The translations under genes were made by a program, and so were the position numbers. This document shows, in pieces, positions 55,966-64,000 of a stretch of DNA of 64,000 nt. Numbering within the stretch: position 1 is the first letter of the stretch; each line of letters opens with the position of its first letter. The notes below the pieces were generated by a model that saw nothing but the letters and a program-made list of their open reading frames with translations, was not told the origin of the DNA and did no database searches. Origin of the DNA: a virus (Duplodnaviria; Caudoviricetes); IMG/VR virus record IMGVR_UViG_3300037524_000636, positions 5,857-69,856 of that record; one strand, 5' to 3'.

Positions 55966-57537
55966 ATGACTGCCAATCAAGCCTTCGCCCGCACCCTTGT
56001 GCGCAATATTCTGATGTCCCGGGGTGCGCTCGCGTCGCACCTCATCGATCCGAAGAGAAACATCGACGCCGAGTGCGGCTACCCGAGCGAGCCAACCTTG
56101 CAGGACTATGACGCGCTTTACTCTCGCGAGGGCATCGCAACTCGCGTCGTGCATGTGCTCCCGGACGAAAGCTGGTCAATGGACCCCGAGATTGTCGAGG
56201 GCGAGCAGTCGAAGGAGACGAAGTTCGAGACCGAGCTCGCCAAACTGATCGAGGAGCACAACCTGTTCAGCGTGCTTTGTCGCGCGGATGGGTTGAGCGG
56301 GATTGGATCGTTTGGCGTCATCGTCTTGGGTATCGACGACGGCAATACACTGGACCAGCCAGTTGACGGCGTGACTGCTGACTCGGACATTCATCCCGTC
56401 AAGACCAAGAGCAAGTTCAAGCTGCTTTATGTTCGCCCGCTCGACGAGAGCGCAGTGTCGATCAAGGAGCGCGATCGCGACCCGCGCTCGCCTCGCTTCA
56501 TGCGCCCGTCGATGTATGCAATCCGCTTTGACACGGCGAGCCAGGCGGTCGCTGGGGGCACGAGTGTTGCGACGATCACACCGTCGACAGAAACGCTCGT
56601 GCATTGGTCGCGCGTCATTCACCTTGCCGACAACCGACGCAATGACGACACATTTGGCACGCCGCGCATGCGTCCAGTATTCAATCGGCTGTATGATCTT
56701 CGTAAGCTCATGAGCGGCGCGACGGAGATGTTCTGGAAGGGAGGGTTTCCTGGAATCGGGATCGAAGCGAACTCGGGTGGCGCGAACATCGCGATGGACC
56801 TGGACGTCGAATCGATCTCGGAGGAGCTGGAGAAATACTTCAACGGCTTGCAGCGCTCGATCGCCGTCGAGAATGCCGCGATCAAGTCTCTGGCGCCACA
56901 GGTCGCTGACCCGCTCCCGCACTTCGAGATGAATATCAAGGCGATCTGCATCGCGTTGCGCGTTCCCTACCGGATCTTCATGGGCACGGAGGAAGCGCAG
57001 CTCGCAGGATCGCAGGACATGCGGGTATTCAATCGACGACTACAAACCCGGCAACAGAAGTATCTCACGCCGTACATCGTTCGCCCGCTCGTCAATCGGC
57101 TGATCACCTATGGGACAATTTCGTTCGTCGATGCGTTCGACGTGAACTGGAAGGACCTCAACACCCTGGGCGACATCGAGAAGGCGGACGTCACGGTGAA
57201 GCGCACGGATGCCCTGGCGAAGTATCTCTCTGGAGGCGTCGACACGCTTGTCCCGCCGCGCGAGTACATGATCCAGTTCCTCGACATGCCTGCCGACGAG
57301 GTCGACGCGATCGAGAAGGCTGCAGAGAAGTATACGGCAGAGCTCGAGGAGAAGGCCGAAGAAGAGGCCGAGCTCATGCGCGAAGACCTGGCGGAGCAGG
57401 ACGTCGACGGCAACGACCAAATCGAGCTGGCGGCGCCAAACGACAAGATGAAGCAAGCGAACGGGACCCAAAAGCTGCCAGCCACGGGCCGGGGCGTCCA
57501 GGCCCAAGTCAAGACACGCACCACCACGAGGAATTGA
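55966..57537 (+). CDS. Portal protein (DUF1073 type)
   Basis: Y.R.GIA.RVV..PDE.W, H.SR.IH, G..R...VFN.L.DL.K..G..E.FW, RVPYRI.MG.E.QLA. Confidence 0.88.
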   Translation: MTANQAFARTLVRNILMSRGALASHLIDPKRNIDAECGYPSEPTLQDYDALYSREGIATRVVHVLPDESWSMDPEIVEGEQSKETKFETELAKLIEEHNLFSVLCRADGLSGIGSFGVIVLGIDDGNTLDQPVDGVTADSDIHPVKTKSKFKLLYVRPLDESAVSIKERDRDPRSPRFMRPSMYAIRFDTASQAVAGGTSVATITPSTETLVHWSRVIHLADNRRNDDTFGTPRMRPVFNRLYDLRKLMSGATEMFWKGGFPGIGIEANSGGANIAMDLDVESISEELEKYFNGLQRSIAVENAAIKSLAPQVADPLPHFEMNIKAICIALRVPYRIFMGTEEAQLAGSQDMRVFNRRLQTRQQKYLTPYIVRPLVNRLITYGTISFVDAFDVNWKDLNTLGDIEKADVTVKRTDALAKYLSGGVDTLVPPREYMIQFLDMPADEVDAIEKAAEKYTAELEEKAEEEAELMREDLAEQDVDGNDQIELAAPNDKMKQANGTQKLPATGRGVQAQVKTRTTTRN

Positions 57538-57632
57538 CAGGAATCGACCCGTCCTGACGACCCTAAAGCGGTGGAACGTCGCACGATGAGCGAGCAACGC
57601 AAGGTCCTGTCATTCCGGGTGGGAAAGACGAC

Positions 57633-60215
57633 ATGAGCGCGCCAGCACTTGCCCGTTACCGCGCGATCAGGAACGGCTGGCGTCCAGCTCCGTTTGTCAC
57701 GTCGAACGCACGGGTGGTGCGTGCTGGTCGCGCGCAACGCATCGACCCCACGAAGCTGGGGGGCGTCCGTCGCAGGTATCTTGCAGACATCAATCGGCAA
57801 TTCGCAGAGCTGTGGAAGCGCATCCGGAAAGAGTTCGTCGACGATGACATCTTTGGGCTGGACCCGGCGCGCAGGCAAACTGGTCTTGGTGGTGTGCACA
57901 ACGCGGACGGGATCGTGCGCAATCTCTACCAATACCTGACCGACAAGGACAAGGTTGTTGCCTTCAAGCAATGGCTTGATCAGCAATTCCAGGCGGGCGT
58001 GATCTCGAATCCAGTGGGGGCGACGCACATCGAGAGCGCATACCGCAAGGCAGTCGTTGATGCCTACGCCCGCAAGTTTCCTGAGGTAGTTGCTGAGTCA
58101 CTACCATTTTACCGTGGTTCGCGCGAGGAGTTTCTTCGCAGCGCGTTCACTGGTGGCGTTGCCCGACAGAAGATCGAGTTGCTGGCAACGCGCGTTTTTG
58201 AGGAGATGAAGGGACTGACCGAGCAAATGAAGACTGGGATGAACCGGGTCCTGGCGGATGGGATGCTCAGGGGTGCTGGTCCGATGGAGATTGCGCGCGA
58301 GTTGAAGAACGTCATGGGGATTGGCACACGCCGCGCGCGCACGATCGCCCGCACCGAGCTCACACGCGCGCATGCTGAAGGAACGCTCGACAGCTACAAG
58401 GAACTTGGAATCGAGGACGTTGGTGTGCTTGCCGAGTGGAGCACGGCAGGCGATGACCAGGTATGCATTGAGTGCATACAAATGGAGGGCAAGACGTTCA
58501 CAGTGGACGAGGCTCGTGGCATGATCCCAGTGCATCCAAACTGTCGGTGCGCCTGGATTCCATCTGAGGGCGCGCCCATGGGCATGCCGACGCCAGAGAA
58601 GAAGACGACGCTGGAGCCCATGGTGGGACTTGATACGTCGATGACGCTCTCCGATGTCGTTGACGCGAAAGTTGACAGCGCGGTGCAGTTGGGAGGCTCG
58701 ACTGGCGCGCGCTTGCTCAACGTCACGGATAGCCAAGGCGCGACGACGCGCTGGGTCGCGAAGAACTACAGTGGGCGCGTCGAGAACGTCCTGAACGAGT
58801 TCCTGACGAATCGCTACTACCTCGAGTTCGGGAGTGGTAATGTCGTCCCGGATACGCGGCTGGCGATGTTCGAGGGCAAGGCGACGTTGCTGACCAGGTT
58901 CAACCCGAACCTGAAGTTCCTCAAGGACATGATGCCAGCTGAGGCGAAGGCGTTCAAGCTTGCTGCACGCAAGGATTTTGTCACTGACGCCTGGCTCGCG
59001 AACTGGGACGTCGTTGGTCTCTCGCAAGACAACATCGCCTGGGACACAGTTGCAAAGAAGGTCGTCCGAATCGACAATGGTGGCGCGCTTCGCTTTCGCG
59101 CGCAAGGCACGCCAAAGGCAAATCTCTTTGGCTACGATGTAAACGAGATCAAGACCCTGCTCGACCCAACGATCAACCCAGCCTCGTCGGATTTCTTTGG
59201 CAAGATTGCGCCGAACACGATGTGGTCCGAGTTGACGGACTTCATCAAGCGACAGCAGGGCAAGACCGACATCTGGACCCGTGTCCAGACAATCGCTACA
59301 CAGGCGACAGACGCGCTTGCAAAGCGTGGGTTGGTCACGTCGAACACAGCCAGTTCGCTCGTCACCGAATATGCTAAGACCCTGACTCTTCGCTTCGAGA
59401 GCATCAAGAAGCAGCGCACGTTGCTGGGTGCAGCGAACACCGCCGCAGCGAAGGCGAAGAAGTTCTCGGCAGCAATTCCAGCGACGCGATCAGTTGGAGC
59501 TGGCACTCGACCCAAGGTCACCTCGATCGCCGAACATCAAGAATGGGAGAACAAAGTGGGTTGGAAACTGACATACGATGAGAAACAGGCCGTGCGCGAG
59601 TTCACAGGCTACAACTACACTGACATCAATAACGACTTGATTCAGGCGCACCGCGCTGTCCGTGCTGGAACCTACGCAACGGTTGACGATGCACTGCAGG
59701 GCCGCGCCTGGAGAAAGGTCATTCACAACCTTGATCGAGCGTTCGAGAAGTCGCCTGAATATGACGCGCCTGTCATCCGGGGCGTTTACTTCGGTGGGCC
59801 GAAGGGTGACGCGATGCTCAACCAATGGAAAACTGGCGCGTGGGCGAACATGGACATGGCTGGGTTCTCGTCGGCTTCACCGCTCAAGTCTTTTCGGGTC
59901 AACACGCAACTCTACTTCCCACGCGGGCACGGTGGGATGTATGTCGACGCGATCAGCGAGAACGCCGGCGAGTATGAGGTCTTGATTCCGCGCGGGACGA
60001 ACTGGCGGGTCACCCACTTTCATGTTGATGCGAATGGGACGAATCACATTGCCCTGGAGCCCGCACAACCTGGCGCGCTCTTGTCGCAAGTCACGCCCAC
60101 GGATCCTGGTATTGCCTTCTTCAAGACACTCCAAAGAGAGGCGAAGAATCAAGCCTTGAGGACACACAACGGTAATTCGGCGATGACTGCATACGGGACA
60201 ATCATTCAAATCTAG
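57633..60215 (+). CDS. MuF/SPP1 gp7 minor head protein with kinase-like and ADP-ribosyltransferase extensions
   Basis: MuF RARTIARTE..RAH, D.VC..C, HPNCRC; kinase-like DAWLANWD..DN..RIDNGG; ART R716, S746-S749, E780-x-E782. Confidence 0.85.
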   Translation: MSAPALARYRAIRNGWRPAPFVTSNARVVRAGRAQRIDPTKLGGVRRRYLADINRQFAELWKRIRKEFVDDDIFGLDPARRQTGLGGVHNADGIVRNLYQYLTDKDKVVAFKQWLDQQFQAGVISNPVGATHIESAYRKAVVDAYARKFPEVVAESLPFYRGSREEFLRSAFTGGVARQKIELLATRVFEEMKGLTEQMKTGMNRVLADGMLRGAGPMEIARELKNVMGIGTRRARTIARTELTRAHAEGTLDSYKELGIEDVGVLAEWSTAGDDQVCIECIQMEGKTFTVDEARGMIPVHPNCRCAWIPSEGAPMGMPTPEKKTTLEPMVGLDTSMTLSDVVDAKVDSAVQLGGSTGARLLNVTDSQGATTRWVAKNYSGRVENVLNEFLTNRYYLEFGSGNVVPDTRLAMFEGKATLLTRFNPNLKFLKDMMPAEAKAFKLAARKDFVTDAWLANWDVVGLSQDNIAWDTVAKKVVRIDNGGALRFRAQGTPKANLFGYDVNEIKTLLDPTINPASSDFFGKIAPNTMWSELTDFIKRQQGKTDIWTRVQTIATQATDALAKRGLVTSNTASSLVTEYAKTLTLRFESIKKQRTLLGAANTAAAKAKKFSAAIPATRSVGAGTRPKVTSIAEHQEWENKVGWKLTYDEKQAVREFTGYNYTDINNDLIQAHRAVRAGTYATVDDALQGRAWRKVIHNLDRAFEKSPEYDAPVIRGVYFGGPKGDAMLNQWKTGAWANMDMAGFSSASPLKSFRVNTQLYFPRGHGGMYVDAISENAGEYEVLIPRGTNWRVTHFHVDANGTNHIALEPAQPGALLSQVTPTDPGIAFFKTLQREAKNQALRTHNGNSAMTAYGTIIQI

Positions 60216-60246
60216 GCGCACAACGAGCGTCGACAATAGACACACG

Positions 60247-60585
60247 ATGAAGAAAAAGCAGGATGAGGAGCGACCCTACCAAGGAGCAGGACACGCCGAC
60301 ACGATGTCAGACGTCTTCGACATGCCACCGTGCATGTCGTGCAAGCACCTGTTGCACGTAGGGACGCAGGACTTGACGAGCGGCTGGACCTGCAAGGCCT
60401 GGCCGACCGAGATCCCGTGGTCGATTCTCACGCGCGAGCGCAAGCACGACGTAGTTGTTCCGCACACACAGGAGGGCGACTACGTTTTTGACTCGCACTT
60501 GATCGACTTCCCGGATGGCACAGTCCGAAAGGAAGATTGGGACGGCAAGCTCATCATCGTCGGGCGCGCGAAGAAGAAGGGCTAG
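60247..60585 (+). CDS. Small Cys/His-rich protein, candidate immunity/partner of the MuF toxin
   Basis: C..CKH..CKAWP.EIP..I..R.H..Q.GD..F; immediately downstream of MuF-ART. Confidence 0.55.
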   Translation: MKKKQDEERPYQGAGHADTMSDVFDMPPCMSCKHLLHVGTQDLTSGWTCKAWPTEIPWSILTRERKHDVVVPHTQEGDYVFDSHLIDFPDGTVRKEDWDGKLIIVGRAKKKG

Positions 60586-60674
60586 CCAGCACCCGTTCAC
60601 TCTTTGGTGGCCCGGCGCACGACGCGCTGGGCACCAAGTAATGGAAAAACCAATACACACAGCCAAAAACAACC

Positions 60675-60884
60675 ATGCCCAAAAGCAACAGCACGAGCAT
60701 AGTCCTGATGAGTGAAGAAGAGGAACGGTCCAGACTCATCGATTGGGCTGAGCACAAACTGCACCGTTGTGTCCAGCGCCAATTCTATGGCAAGGTCACG
60801 TTTCTACTCGAGTGTGGACGGATCGTTCGCTCCGTCACCGAAGAAAGCGAGATGCCAGGATCTCCGAGCGTAGTGGACGACTAA
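60675..60884 (+). CDS. Small DUF2292-like protein
   Basis: FYGKVTFLLECGRIV..EES. Confidence 0.5.
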   Translation: MPKSNSTSIVLMSEEEERSRLIDWAEHKLHRCVQRQFYGKVTFLLECGRIVRSVTEESEMPGSPSVVDD

Positions 60885-60983
60885 ATACGATTTTGCTTGA
60901 TGTCCGTTCTTTTTTGAACAAATAGCCGAGTCTGAAGTATCAACGAAAGAGCTTCACCGCGCAGCTTCAGGTATCGACGAACG

Positions 60984-61012
60984 AGCCTCACCCTGTGCGG
61001 TGAGGCTTTTTT
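60984..61012 (+). terminator. Rho-independent terminator before the head operon
   Basis: agcctcacc/ggtgaggct stem plus T-run. Confidence 0.75.
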
Positions 61013-61040
61013 GTATTCTCAAATCAAGCATAATCCCAAA

Positions 61041-62591
61041 ATGACGAAAAGGAAGCAGGCAGGTTTCTGGGCGGAGGCCCGAAGTGGCTCTCGGCGCACT
61101 TCAAAAAGTTCACTTGTGAGAAACGACTCAGCGCCGCCTGCCGAAGACCAGGCGACGATTGAGCACCTCACATTCAACCTGAAGACGTCGCTGGTTCGGA
61201 ACGACAAGATGGAAGGTCGCGACTACCTGGTTGTTCCGATGGTGATGATGGTCGAGGGCGTACATGTGGGCTCGAATGGCCCGCTACTCTACCCAGCGGA
61301 CGAGCTGAAGAAGACTCCAGAAGTCTGGAACATGAAGCCGGTGGTCGTCTATCATCCGGAAATCAACGGACAGGGAGTCACCGCATGCGATCCCGACGTT
61401 GCGACCAAGCAAAAGATTGGCGTGATCATGAACACGCGCTGGGACGCGCGCGCGAAGCGACTCAAGGCCGAAGCGTGGCTGGAGGAGCATCGCGTGCGGG
61501 AAGTCGACGATCGCATTGCCAACGCGATCGAGGAGAATCAGGTCCTCGAGTTGTCGACTGGGCTCTTCACTGACAACGAGACCAAGACTGGCGAGCACAA
61601 TGGCGAGGCCTACGTTGCGATCGCGCGCAATTATCGGCCTGATCATCTCGCTGTCCTGCCCGACAGGATTGGTGCATGCTCGGTTGCCGATGGCGCTGGC
61701 TTCATCCGCAATGAGCTGATCGGGCACAACGTGCCGCGCGAGCAGATCGACAAGGTCCGTGCGTTGGTCTTGAATACGGTGGAGACACTGGGCTTGCGCG
61801 AGCTTGTCGTGAATGAGCTGTCACACGGCGCCGTCCGCGACCAGCTGTTTGACGCGCTGATCAAGCGGTTCCCGGGCAAGAAAACGGAGCTCGGCAACGC
61901 TCCCGGTCCGTGGGTGGAGTCCGTCTTTGATGGCTTTGTCATCTTTGAGCGCGAGGGAAAGCTGTATCGGCTTCCCTACACGATCGAGGATGACACCGTG
62001 CTTTTGGCTGACAAGGAACCAACGATGGTCAACCGAGTCGTCGAATATCGAACCGTGGCAGGCGCCGTGATTGGAAACAACCTGACCACCAACAGTCCGA
62101 AACTCAGTAACAACGAAGCAAATACACAAATGAAAGAGAAACTGGTCAATGACCTGATCGCCAACCACGGCTGGGAGGAAACCGACCGCGCGTTCCTGCT
62201 CAGTCTCAACGAGGACGGCTTGTCCAAGCTGTCCAAGTTCAAGAAGGACGTGCCCGTCGCATCCCCGCACGGCGCATCCCCGCCCGTCGCGAACAAGCAG
62301 ATGACTCCCGAGGAGTTCATCGCTCAGGCACCCGAGGGCATGCGCGACATGCTGCAAAGCGGGCTGATCTCGTTCAACGAGCAGCGCGCCAGCCTGATCG
62401 CTTCGATCAAGACGAACGAGCTGAACGAGTTCAGCGACGACGAGCTCGGCGCGAAGAGCCTACGGGAACTGAAAGTCCTGGCGAAGCTCGCGACGAAGCC
62501 AGCCGTGCACAACTACGCCGGACTTGCGCCGGTCGCGGGCGCACCCGCGAAGAGCGTCGAGACCTGCCTTCCCCTTCCGAAGTGGGAGTGA
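61041..62591 (+). CDS. Prohead protease/scaffold (DUF2213-like)
   Basis: VP..EGV..G..YP.EL..WN.KPVVV.HP, ELSTG, PDHLAVLP..GACS.ADG; helical scaffold C-terminus. Confidence 0.85.
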   Translation: MTKRKQAGFWAEARSGSRRTSKSSLVRNDSAPPAEDQATIEHLTFNLKTSLVRNDKMEGRDYLVVPMVMMVEGVHVGSNGPLLYPADELKKTPEVWNMKPVVVYHPEINGQGVTACDPDVATKQKIGVIMNTRWDARAKRLKAEAWLEEHRVREVDDRIANAIEENQVLELSTGLFTDNETKTGEHNGEAYVAIARNYRPDHLAVLPDRIGACSVADGAGFIRNELIGHNVPREQIDKVRALVLNTVETLGLRELVVNELSHGAVRDQLFDALIKRFPGKKTELGNAPGPWVESVFDGFVIFEREGKLYRLPYTIEDDTVLLADKEPTMVNRVVEYRTVAGAVIGNNLTTNSPKLSNNEANTQMKEKLVNDLIANHGWEETDRAFLLSLNEDGLSKLSKFKKDVPVASPHGASPPVANKQMTPEEFIAQAPEGMRDMLQSGLISFNEQRASLIASIKTNELNEFSDDELGAKSLRELKVLAKLATKPAVHNYAGLAPVAGAPAKSVETCLPLPKWE

Positions 62592-62651
62592 ACCGTATTC
62601 ACTAACACAAGACAACTCAGCAACCCAATAACTCAGTAATCAAAGCAAGCA

Positions 62652-63113
62652 ATGTCCACCAACACAAAGACGATCGTGGTTCGGGGCAACCTGAACCAAT
62701 ACCACGACGAGTTTCCGGCCGACGCTGCATTGTCGCCGGGGCACGTCCTCCAGAAGAACAGCGATGGTGAGGTCCTCAAGACGACGAGCGCGGAAGGCAA
62801 AGCCTGGAATCGCCTCATCGCGAAGGAGAACGCCCTGCTCGGCGCGACCGAGGATGACGCCTACGCTGCCGCCGACGTCGTTCCCGTTCACGTCTGCCAG
62901 CCCGGAGACATCGTGCGCGCGTTTCTCACGCCTGGTGTCTCCTACGCGATCGGTGACCAGCTCATCCTGAGCGACACTGCTGGCCAGCTCAAGAAACTGG
63001 CGTCCGTGTCATCTGGCGTCACCGTGCGCAAGGTCGTGGGCGAGATCCGCACCGCACTCAACCTGAGCGCGTCCGGAGCCGTCGCGACGAAGGGCGAAGT
63101 CTTCATCTACTGA
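62652..63113 (+). CDS. Head decoration protein
   Basis: Between protease and capsid; A.A.SPG.VL, A.EN.L.G..DAYA pattern. Confidence 0.7.
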   Translation: MSTNTKTIVVRGNLNQYHDEFPADAALSPGHVLQKNSDGEVLKTTSAEGKAWNRLIAKENALLGATEDDAYAAADVVPVHVCQPGDIVRAFLTPGVSYAIGDQLILSDTAGQLKKLASVSSGVTVRKVVGEIRTALNLSASGAVATKGEVFIY

Positions 63114-63177
63114 CCTCGCACAAGTCCCACAAGCACACAATCAACAATCGTCAGTAACAAAAAACTCAATACACGAA

Positions 63178-64000
63178 ATGAACTTGGATTTCATCATCAA
63201 CGGACAAGCACAGGGTAGCACCGCCTCCCGCCTGCTTGCCATGAATGGCGACACGCGCGCCCTCCGCCCGTGGCTTGGCGAAGATGGTCGCAGCTACATC
63301 GGCGTCACGATCGACGGCAAAGAGGAGCCTGTTCCGGTCCAGAATGCGACTGCCACCCTCCGCAAGGACGAGTGGATTCAGCTCGATACTGCGATCCTCA
63401 AGGCTGCGAAGCCGCGACTCAAGCTCGTTGCTAACCTGCGCGCTGCCGGACTCACCTACTCGATTCCGAATGGACTTGGGAAGACGGTCCTCCAGCACCA
63501 GGCACAGAGCGACATCAACGAGGCGTCCATCAGCATGGATGGACTCAAGCGAGGTGACCGTGACCGTCCGCACTACGACATCACGAACCTGCCGCTTCCC
63601 ATCATCCACAAGGACTTTTCGTTTTCGCTGCGCGAGATTCTCGCGTCGCGCAACGCGGGAAGCCCGCTCGACACAACCGTCGCGGAGCTTGCTGCGCGCC
63701 GGGTGGCCGAGAGCGTCGAGAAGCTGGCGACCGGCACGTTCGGCCAGTATTCGTTCGGGGGCGGCACCGTCTACGGTGTCACCAACTTCCCGAGTCGAAT
63801 CACCCACACGGTTACGGCTCCCACGACGAGTGGCTGGACTCCGTCGGTCGCAGTGACGCAGGTCCTCGAGATGATGCAGAAGTCTCGCGTGAAGAAGCAC
63901 TATGGCCCATGGAAGCTGTATGTCTCCAGCGCCTGGGACGGCTACATGGACCGCGACTACTCCACCAGCTACGCTGGAGAGACGCTGCGGTCCCGCCTGC
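63178..64000 (+). CDS. Major capsid protein, HK97 fold, Linocin-M18/encapsulin-like (3' truncated; not in ORF track)
   Basis: ATG 63178 open to window end; LRKDEW..LD.A..L..L.AAGL, LPLPIIHKDFSFSLRE..ASR..LDTT..A.R.VAE, YG.TN.P.R. Confidence 0.85.
   Translation, partial: MNLDFIINGQAQGSTASRLLAMNGDTRALRPWLGEDGRSYIGVTIDGKEEPVPVQNATATLRKDEWIQLDTAILKAAKPRLKLVANLRAAGLTYSIPNGLGKTVLQHQAQSDINEASISMDGLKRGDRDRPHYDITNLPLPIIHKDFSFSLREILASRNAGSPLDTTVAELAARRVAESVEKLATGTFGQYSFGGGTVYGVTNFPSRITHTVTAPTTSGWTPSVAVTQVLEMMQKSRVKKHYGPWKLYVSSAWDGYMDRDYSTSYAGETLRSRL

Noticed and set aside
55966-57537. Anti-CBASS Acb1 call for the DUF1073 protein
   Set aside because: Size, motifs and position between terL and MuF identify it as portal; no 2H-phosphodiesterase HxT/S motifs seen
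1-64000. Stop-codon reassignment
   Set aside because: Genes are full length under code 11 and all three stops end genes at coupled junctions; the single in-frame TGA at 37244 is reported separately
1-64000. Integrase, repressor, tRNA, intron or intein
   Set aside because: No recognisable motifs; terL, polymerase and helicases have normal lengths; lifestyle cannot be decided from this window

Overview
The window is most of the genome of a GC-rich tailed dsDNA phage with a siphovirus-type tail, circularly permuted so that it opens inside the tape-measure gene and closes inside the major capsid gene. Order: tail tip and adhesins (1-15.1 kb); sugar-modifying enzymes, an ECF-sigma/CBM fusion and a holin cassette (15.2-19.0 kb); a minus-strand operon with a methyltransferase and a split SbcC/Rad50 plus SbcD (19.0-23.7 kb); early island 1 (24-28 kb); a replication/recombination module (SNF2 helicase, primase, initiator, DnaB-like helicase, clamp, UDG-exonuclease plus PolA, clamp loader, UvsY-like, SSB, RecA-like, 5'-3' exonuclease, resolvase; 28.4-46 kb); early island 2 (46-49.5 kb); terminase region with glycosyltransferases and a third early island (49.5-55.9 kb); then portal, MuF-kinase-ART, protease/scaffold, decoration and capsid genes (56-64 kb). 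I saw no integrase, tRNA, CRISPR array or reverse transcriptase. Best leads: (1) a MuF head protein with a kinase-like domain plus an R-S-E ADP-ribosyltransferase, followed by a small Cys-rich candidate immunity protein; (2) an ECF-sigma-like/hydrophobic segment/CBM6-like fusion inside the late operon; (3) a candidate virion glycosylation system (Thr-rich collagen-like fibre plus GT2-TPR and acetyltransferase) and two TAGT/GREB1-like DNA glycosyltransferases; (4) five promoters whose ATG lies exactly 8 nt after the -10 box, and a repeated CGACAATAG motif that may be read by a region-2-only phage sigma factor. Product calls come from motifs recognised by eye, not from database searches.
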